Source of the DNA: Vicinamibacterales bacterium
Lineage (GTDB): Bacteria; Acidobacteriota; Vicinamibacteria; Vicinamibacterales; UBA8438
Length of the DNA: 64,000 nt
Reading direction: 5' to 3'
NCBI GenBank assembly: GCA_965204675.1
Contig: OZ242003.1
Location: 5,901,295-5,965,294 of the forward strand
In this document: one piece after another, positions 57,844 to 64,000 of the stretch
How positions within the stretch are numbered: position 1 is the stretch's first letter
How the letters are laid out: the number at the start of each line of letters is the position of its first letter
The notes under the pieces: generated by a model
Seen by the model: only the letters and a program-made list of their open reading frames with translations
Told to the model about the DNA's origin: nothing
Database searches by the model: none
Program-made: the position numbers and the translations under genes

Positions 57844-59088
57844 TCACCTCATCAACTCGGCGAGGGCGGCGACGGCCTCGGCCGGAAACAGCTCGTCGGT
57901 CTCCTGCGGCTGCACGCCCAGGGCGTTGAGCGACATCGACACCAGGCGGTAGTTGGCCACCGTCATCACCACGCTCATCATCTCGCGGGTGTCGTACTGC
58001 GAGGCCAGGTCCGCCCACGTGTCGTCGGCAATGATACCGTCCCGGTAGATCTCGTCGGCGGCCCGCACGTGGGCCTGCTCGAACGGGTCCCACCCGGCGT
58101 CGCGCCCGAGGGCGATGCGCTCCGGCTCGAGGCCGTGGTCGCGGGCGCGGCCCACGCTGCCCACGTGCTTCGCCCACTCGTAGACGGCCTGGCAGTTCCA
58201 GCCGATGCGCAGGATGAGCAGCTCGCGGAAGTAGGGGGTGAGCGGCGAGACCCGGTTCACGTAGCCCGACTGCCCGCTGCGCGCCGCCTGCATCCGGGGA
58301 TGGCGCCCGAAGGTGCGGCCCACCCGGATGCCCTCTCCCTCGAGGGGCGCCACCCGCGGCTCGCGCAGGGGCGGCTCGGGGTCGGCCACGTCGAGGCGCC
58401 GGGGCACGTCGGCGGGCCAGCGGGCGAGGGCGTCGCCGTCGGGCTGGACGCCGAACGAGTTGAGCAGCATCGCCAGCAGGGTGGTCTGGTTGACGGTCAT
58501 CACCGCGTCGACGAGCTCGAGCAGGTCGTAGCGCTCGTCGAGGGCGGCCCACACCGCGTCGCGGACCGACGAGTTGCGGTACAGCTCGTCGGCGAGCCGC
58601 AGCAACGCCGCCTCGAAGGGCGACCACCCCGGGGCGGCCGGTCCCTCCGCGATCCGGCTCACCTCGTCGGCGGTGAGGCCGACGAGGCGGGCCGTCGGCG
58701 CGTGGTCGGCCCACAGATGGCGGTTCTGCGTGAGCCACGCCGTGCGCAGGATCAGCAGCTCGCGGTGGCGGGCGGGAATCGTCGTCTCGCGGGTGATGTA
58801 GACGCGGAACGGCATCACCGCGTCGACCAGCTCGGGCACGTGCAGCAGGGTCCGGAAGGCGTTGCCGATGCGCACCTCGGGGGCCCACCGGTTCACCCGG
58901 GCGCGGTGCTCGTCCGTCCACTGCGACTCCGGCAGGGGGGCGATGCGCGGCTCGGTCAGGCGGACCGCCTCGGTCGTGCCGGGGGGATCCGGCCGGAGCT
59001 GCGCCGATGCGGGCTCGGCGGCGAGCAGGGCGGCACCGGCGAGGGCGAGGAAGACGGCGACCCGGGCGGACGAGGAGGCTGCGGTCAT
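57844..59088 (-). CDS. Tandem carboxymuconolactone-decarboxylase/AhpD-like domain protein with signal peptide
   Basis: Two repeats: RHRELLILRTAW..H and FRELLILRIGW..YEWAKH; N-terminal hydrophobic leader ending ASA-Q. Confidence 0.75.
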   Translation of the reverse strand: MTAASSSARVAVFLALAGAALLAAEPASAQLRPDPPGTTEAVRLTEPRIAPLPESQWTDEHRARVNRWAPEVRIGNAFRTLLHVPELVDAVMPFRVYITRETTIPARHRELLILRTAWLTQNRHLWADHAPTARLVGLTADEVSRIAEGPAAPGWSPFEAALLRLADELYRNSSVRDAVWAALDERYDLLELVDAVMTVNQTTLLAMLLNSFGVQPDGDALARWPADVPRRLDVADPEPPLREPRVAPLEGEGIRVGRTFGRHPRMQAARSGQSGYVNRVSPLTPYFRELLILRIGWNCQAVYEWAKHVGSVGRARDHGLEPERIALGRDAGWDPFEQAHVRAADEIYRDGIIADDTWADLASQYDTREMMSVVMTVANYRLVSMSLNALGVQPQETDELFPAEAVAALAELMR

Positions 59089-59361
59089 CAGGGCGTCCTT
59101 TCGTGGGAGCGCGAACGCGGTCGCGCACGATCCGAACATGCTAACAGCCCCCGGCGCAAGCCTCGATGCGCTCGACCGGCGATGCGCCCCGCAAATCGGT
59201 TTCGGCGCCGGCCGGGGAGACCACCACGGGCAGCGGCCCTCGCGGTGGGTCGTCGCCATCGGAAGACTCCGGATGGTCGAGGCCAACCCGATGCACTACC
59301 ATAGATTGTTTGCCGTCACGTTCGAGGGCCTCGCCGTCCGCCTCGAAGTCCGACCACTTCA

Positions 59362-62300
59362 ATGACCCGCGCCGCACGCGCTCTCGCCGCTTGTCTCCTG
59401 CTGCTGCCGCCGGCCGCCGGCGGCGTCCGCGCGCAGGAACCGGTCCCGGTGCGTGGCTCCCATCCGATCGCGGTGCTCCCGTTCACCAACCTGTCGCCCG
59501 ACCCGGCGGACGCCTGGCTGGGTGACGGCATCGCCGAGACCCTCACGGTGGAGCTGGCGGCGCGAGGCCTGACGGTCGTCGGCCCCGCCGGGCTTCCGAT
59601 CGTAGCCCCCGGCGGGGCGATGGGCGGCGAGGACGCCGGCGGAGACCTCGGACGGCTGTACCGCCGGCTCGGCGCCCGCCGGGCGGTCACCGGCAGCTAC
59701 CAGCAAGTCGGCCAACGCCTCCGCATCAACGCCCGGATCGTCGAGCTGCCTTCCGCGGTCGTGATCCACGCGGTCAGGACCGACGGCGGCCGCCACGAGA
59801 TCTTCGCGCTGCAGGACCGCATCGCCGGCGAGCTCGCGGCCGGCCTGTCCACGGGACGATTCCGCACCGGGATGCTCCAGCCGGCCCGGCCTCCGTCGGC
59901 CGGCGGCCGGCGTGCCGAAATCGTGCCGCCGGGGCCTCGCGTCGAGCCGCCGCTTCCCTTCTCTGCCCCGCCCTCGACACGCCGGCCGACGGCGGAGGCC
60001 GCAGCGGTCCCGGGCGCAGTCGCCGGACGCGAATCGCTGGAGACCGCGCCCGCGCCGACGGCCGCGATGGCGAGACGGAACCCGGCCCCGGCGCCGGCCG
60101 GAGGGGGCGTCCCGGGCCGGGCCTCGGCCGGCGCCGGGGTCCCGAACCCGGCCGGCGGGGTCGCGGGCCTCGGCATCGCCAGCGGCGCCGGCATCCTGAC
60201 CGGCCGCCCGAGCGTGCGCCCCCAACGCACCACCGCGGCCCCCCGCATCGACGGGACCCTCGACGATCCCGTGTGGGAGCGGGCCACGCGCATCGCCGAT
60301 TTCGTGCAGCAGCGCCCCCTCGACGGCGCCCCCGCCACCGAGGACACCGAGGTCTACATCGCTTACGACAACGACAACCTCTACTTCGGCGTCCACGCGC
60401 ACTACTCCGACCCCGGCCTGATCCGCGCCAACCGCGCCGACCGCGACCAGACGTTCATCGACGACACGGTGGCCCTCTACTTCGATCCGTTCCTCGACCA
60501 GCAGCGCGCCTACGTCTTCTCCGTGAACGGCTACGGCGTGCAGGGCGACTCCCTCCTCGAGTCGAGCGCGGAGCGCTCGCCCGGCGGCGGGGGCGGAGGC
60601 GGGGGAGGCGGGGGGCGACCCGGCGGCGGGGGACGGTCGCCGGGCGCCGGACGCGGGGGCATGAGCGCGGCCCTCGCCGCGTCGCTGGGGGCGCCGCCCA
60701 CCGGCGACCTCTCGTGGGACGCCCTCTTCGAGTCGGGGGCCCGGCTGGTCGACGACGGCTGGACGGCGGAGATGGCGATCCCGTTCAAGAGCCTGCGCTA
60801 TCCGGAACGCGGTCCGGGCGAGCCGCACCGGTGGGGCTTCCAGATCGTGCGGACGATCTTCGGCAAGGACGAGGCCGACGTGTGGTCCCCGGTGTCCCGC
60901 GGGCTGGCGGGCTTCCTCACCCAGATGGGCGTGCTCGACGGGCTCACGAACCTGTCGACGAGCCGCAACCTCGAGATCCTGCCGACGGTCACCGCCATCC
61001 GCATCGGATCGCTCGACGCCTCGACCGGAACGTTCGACGAGGCGACCCATCCCGAGGGCGCGGTGAACGTGAAGTACGGGGTGACCCCGAACCTGACCGC
61101 CGACTTCACCTACAACCCCGACTTCTCGCAGATCGAGTCGGACACCCCCCAGATCGAGGTCAACCAGCGGTTCCCGCTCTTCTATCCCGAGCTGCGGCCG
61201 TTCTTCCTCGAGGGCCAGGAGGTCTTCACGGTGCCGGGGCAGGTGAACCTGCTCCACACCCGCACCATCGTCGATCCGCGCTACGGGGGGAAGCTCACCG
61301 GCAAGGTCGGCAACACCACCCTCGGGGTGCTGGTCGCCAACGACGAGGCGCCGGGCCGGCGCGACGATCTGCCCCTCGACGCCATCGGCAAGACGTCGCA
61401 GGTGTTCGTGGGGCGGGCCCGCTACGACCTCTACGCGGAGTCGTCGCTCGGGGTGATGGCGACCGGCCGCGAGTTCCTCGACGCCTACAGCCGGGTCGCC
61501 GCCGTCGACGGCCGCTTCCGCCTCGGCCGCACGTCGTCGCTGACGATGCTCTACGCGGGGTCGCAGCACCGCGACGAGGACGGGGCGGAGCGGACGGGGC
61601 CCACCGCCCACGTCGCCTGGAACCGGCAGGGACGCAACCTCAGCTACGGCGCGTCGTTCGACACCGTGGACCCGAACTTCCGGACCGACACCGGGTTCCT
61701 GCAGCGGGTGGACACGCGCACGGCCCGGGCCAACGCCGCGTGGCGCTGGTGGCCCGACAACCTCGTCATCAACTGGGGCCCCTACGCCAGCTACGGCCGC
61801 ATCTACGACTTCGGCGGCATCCTGCAGGACGAGCAGTCCGGCCTCGGGGTGCGGGCCACCCTCGCCAACGGCATCATCACCGTCGCCAATGTCAACCGCG
61901 ACATGGAGCGCTACGGCGGCATCGACTTCCACAAGAGCTCGGCGTTCATCGGCGGCGGGGCCAGCGCCAGCCGCAGGGTCTCGTTCGGGGGCTTCCTCAA
62001 CTGGGGCGACCAGATCCGCTACCACGAGACCGACCCGTTCCTGGGCCGGTCGGTCAACACCACGGTGTTCGCCAACCTGCGCCCCACGAGCCGGCTCAGC
62101 GCCGACCTGACCCTCATCACCAGCCGCCTGCACGACCCGATGACCGAGGACCTCGTCTTCGACGTCAAGATCCTGCGCACGTTCACGACCTACCAGCTCA
62201 CCAACCGCCTCGCCCTCCGCAACATCATGGAGTTCAACTCGCTGAACCGCACCCTCGGCGCCAACGTGCTGTTCACCTACCGCGTCAACGCCGGCACCGT

Positions 62301-62430
62301 CTTCTTCGTCGGCTACGACGACCACTACCGGCAGGGCAACCTGATCGACGACGTGCGTTTCCCCACCACCGCGCTGCGACAGACCAATCGGGCGTTCTTC
62401 ACGAAGCTGTCGTATCTTTTCCGGTACTGA
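59362..62430 (+). CDS. TolB-N/FlgO-like domain + Pro/Ala linker + CBM9-like/DUF5916 outer-membrane protein
   Basis: AVLPFTNLS..GIAETL and GSYQQVGQRLRINARIV; APRIDGTLDDPVW; WTAEMAIPFKSLRY; NPDFSQIESD; KLSYLFRY C-terminus. Confidence 0.8.
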   Translation: MTRAARALAACLLLLPPAAGGVRAQEPVPVRGSHPIAVLPFTNLSPDPADAWLGDGIAETLTVELAARGLTVVGPAGLPIVAPGGAMGGEDAGGDLGRLYRRLGARRAVTGSYQQVGQRLRINARIVELPSAVVIHAVRTDGGRHEIFALQDRIAGELAAGLSTGRFRTGMLQPARPPSAGGRRAEIVPPGPRVEPPLPFSAPPSTRRPTAEAAAVPGAVAGRESLETAPAPTAAMARRNPAPAPAGGGVPGRASAGAGVPNPAGGVAGLGIASGAGILTGRPSVRPQRTTAAPRIDGTLDDPVWERATRIADFVQQRPLDGAPATEDTEVYIAYDNDNLYFGVHAHYSDPGLIRANRADRDQTFIDDTVALYFDPFLDQQRAYVFSVNGYGVQGDSLLESSAERSPGGGGGGGGGGGRPGGGGRSPGAGRGGMSAALAASLGAPPTGDLSWDALFESGARLVDDGWTAEMAIPFKSLRYPERGPGEPHRWGFQIVRTIFGKDEADVWSPVSRGLAGFLTQMGVLDGLTNLSTSRNLEILPTVTAIRIGSLDASTGTFDEATHPEGAVNVKYGVTPNLTADFTYNPDFSQIESDTPQIEVNQRFPLFYPELRPFFLEGQEVFTVPGQVNLLHTRTIVDPRYGGKLTGKVGNTTLGVLVANDEAPGRRDDLPLDAIGKTSQVFVGRARYDLYAESSLGVMATGREFLDAYSRVAAVDGRFRLGRTSSLTMLYAGSQHRDEDGAERTGPTAHVAWNRQGRNLSYGASFDTVDPNFRTDTGFLQRVDTRTARANAAWRWWPDNLVINWGPYASYGRIYDFGGILQDEQSGLGVRATLANGIITVANVNRDMERYGGIDFHKSSAFIGGGASASRRVSFGGFLNWGDQIRYHETDPFLGRSVNTTVFANLRPTSRLSADLTLITSRLHDPMTEDLVFDVKILRTFTTYQLTNRLALRNIMEFNSLNRTLGANVLFTYRVNAGTVFFVGYDDHYRQGNLIDDVRFPTTALRQTNRAFFTKLSYLFRY

Positions 62431-62448
62431 ACTCGTGAGGAGGCTCCC

Positions 62449-64000
62449 ATGAGGTCGCTGCTTCGACTGCTGCCGCACTCCGCCCTGACCGGCATGCTCG
62501 CCGCATCCATGCTGCCGGCGCCCACCCTCGCACAGACCACGGGCACGATCGACGGGTCGGTCACCGACATCGGGGGCGGCGCCCTGCCCGGGGTCACCGT
62601 CGCGGTGACCGGGGGGCCGCTCCCCGCCGCCCGGCTGGCCGTCACCGGCCTCGACGGCGGCTTCGTCTTCGACATGCTGCCGGCGGCCGAGTACGTGGTG
62701 CAGTTCAGCCTCCCCGGCTTCGAGACGCAGGAGATGCGCGTCGCGGTCGAGGCCGATGCCGCCGTCTCGCTCGACGTCGTGCTCGAGATCGAGCGGCTGC
62801 TCGAGGCGGTGTCGGTGATCGCCGACGAGCCGACGATCTTCGCCACCAACGTCGTCGCCGAGCCGATGCTGGAGCAGCAGGCCGCCATCACCAGCGTCGT
62901 CGCCGTCGTCGACAACCTCCCGGGGGTGTCGGTGCAGGAGGGCGACACCTACGGGTTCGACGACTGGTCGAGCTCGGTCGCCGTCCGCGGCTTCCAGACC
63001 AACATCAACGAGGCGCAGATCGGCACCACCATCGACGGGTTCCCCAACGGCACGTCCGACTACTGGAGCGGGGCCAAGGCGAACCGCTTCGTCGACCCCG
63101 CGAACCTCGGCGGGGTCGAGGTGTCGCAGGGCACCGCCGACGTCGCCTCGCGCTCGGTCGAGGCCCTGGGCGGCACCTTCAACTTCCTCACCGACGCGCC
63201 CGAGACCGAGCGCACCTACACCGCCTCGGTCACCCTCGGGGAGAACGACGGCGAGCGCTACTACATGCGGGTCGACACCGGCTCGCTGTTCGACCGCGAG
63301 ACGTACGCGTGGCTCTCGGCGGGGCGGCAGACCGCCACCGACTGGGTGCACGGCGCGGCCCGGAACGAGCGCGAGCACGTCGCGGCCAAGCTCGCGTCGT
63401 CGCACGGACGGCTCGAGCTGACGTCCTACTTCTCGTACGACCAGATCCGCGAGGACGTCTACCAGCGCCTCTACTCGGCCGCCGACTTCGAGGCCGCCCC
63501 CCGCTGGGACCGGCTCCTCGACGACTGGCCCGGCGTGCCCTACCTCAACCAGTTCTACCGGCGCGGCTGGTCGACGTACCGCAAGAACACGTTCGGCTAT
63601 CTGAAGGCCGACTGGGCGTTCAACGACGCCACCAGCCTGAGCCTCGGCGCCTACTACCACCGGAACCGCGGCCGCGGCGACTGGCTGCCGCCGTACGTCG
63701 TCGACGTGACCGACGACGGCGGCGGCCCCGAGTCGGAGCTGATGGGAGGGCCGCCGGTGCGGGGCGGCGCCATCCTCGGGCAGCTCCGCTTCGTCGACCG
63801 GAACCTCGTGGCGGTGGCGCCGCAACCCGGCTGCACGTCGTCGTTCATCTTCAACTACTACGGGGCGGGCGGGCCCGAGGTCGACCCCGCGTGCCACCCC
63901 GGGGCCACCGCGGTGCAGTCGTTCCGCCACAGCCACTACGGCAAGGACCGATTGGGCCTCACCCTCGACGAGGAATGGACCGGCGCCATCGGCGCCGCCG
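62449..64000 (+). CDS. TonB-dependent receptor (5' part; runs off the window)
   Basis: RBS GAGGAGG and ATG at 62449; signal peptide; carboxypeptidase-regulatory-like domain (GTIDGSVTD..LPGVTV); plug region LPGVSV..VRGF..IDG.P. Absent from the ORF track because it has no stop in the window. Confidence 0.88.
   Translation, partial: MRSLLRLLPHSALTGMLAASMLPAPTLAQTTGTIDGSVTDIGGGALPGVTVAVTGGPLPAARLAVTGLDGGFVFDMLPAAEYVVQFSLPGFETQEMRVAVEADAAVSLDVVLEIERLLEAVSVIADEPTIFATNVVAEPMLEQQAAITSVVAVVDNLPGVSVQEGDTYGFDDWSSSVAVRGFQTNINEAQIGTTIDGFPNGTSDYWSGAKANRFVDPANLGGVEVSQGTADVASRSVEALGGTFNFLTDAPETERTYTASVTLGENDGERYYMRVDTGSLFDRETYAWLSAGRQTATDWVHGAARNEREHVAAKLASSHGRLELTSYFSYDQIREDVYQRLYSAADFEAAPRWDRLLDDWPGVPYLNQFYRRGWSTYRKNTFGYLKADWAFNDATSLSLGAYYHRNRGRGDWLPPYVVDVTDDGGGPESELMGGPPVRGGAILGQLRFVDRNLVAVAPQPGCTSSFIFNYYGAGGPEVDPACHPGATAVQSFRHSHYGKDRLGLTLDEEWTGAIGAA

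Noticed and set aside
60585-60660. G-rich GGC/GGG run as a phase-variable tract or G-quadruplex switch
   Set aside because: It is an in-frame Gly-rich loop with mixed codons, as expected in a high-GC coding region.

Overview
This is a very GC-rich bacterial chromosome window. Acidobacteriota (Vicinamibacterales-like) is my inference from an ADOP-type orphan permease, a 'PRTPWGDPDLQG' exported-protein family member and a DUF6526-like gene. About 50 CDS are supported. Housekeeping and periplasmic genes include iscS, plsC, glnK-amtB, PQQ/beta-propeller enzymes, an RND permease and a TonB receptor. I found no rRNA, tRNA, CRISPR array, transposase or integrase. Highlights: (1) a ~14 kb minus-strand candidate defence locus (40855-54949) encoding GmrSD (DUF262-DUF1524), an SNF2 helicase-nuclease, a MAD3-like ABC ATPase, a MAD4-like TOPRIM-type domain fused in frame to a DUF1156 adenine methyltransferase, and a HEPN-DUF499 ATPase; (2) a DUF411 gene with an in-frame TGA at the first Cys of the CGCC motif and an fdhF-like SECIS hairpin, a likely selenoprotein that the ORF track splits; (3) an EhpF/GriC-like adenylating enzyme plus an EhpG/GriD-like reductase heading a six-gene run with an ABC exporter, tricorn protease and oligopeptidase B, with no phenazine or grixazone genes in the window; (4) a three-copy ~90-nt intergenic element that starts at TAG stop codons and shows covarying hairpin stems; (5) a second ABC-ATPase/TOPRIM-like pair, a split Phd-VapC module, and repeated diverged duplications of gene ends. 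Family names come from motif recognition and memory, not from database searches.
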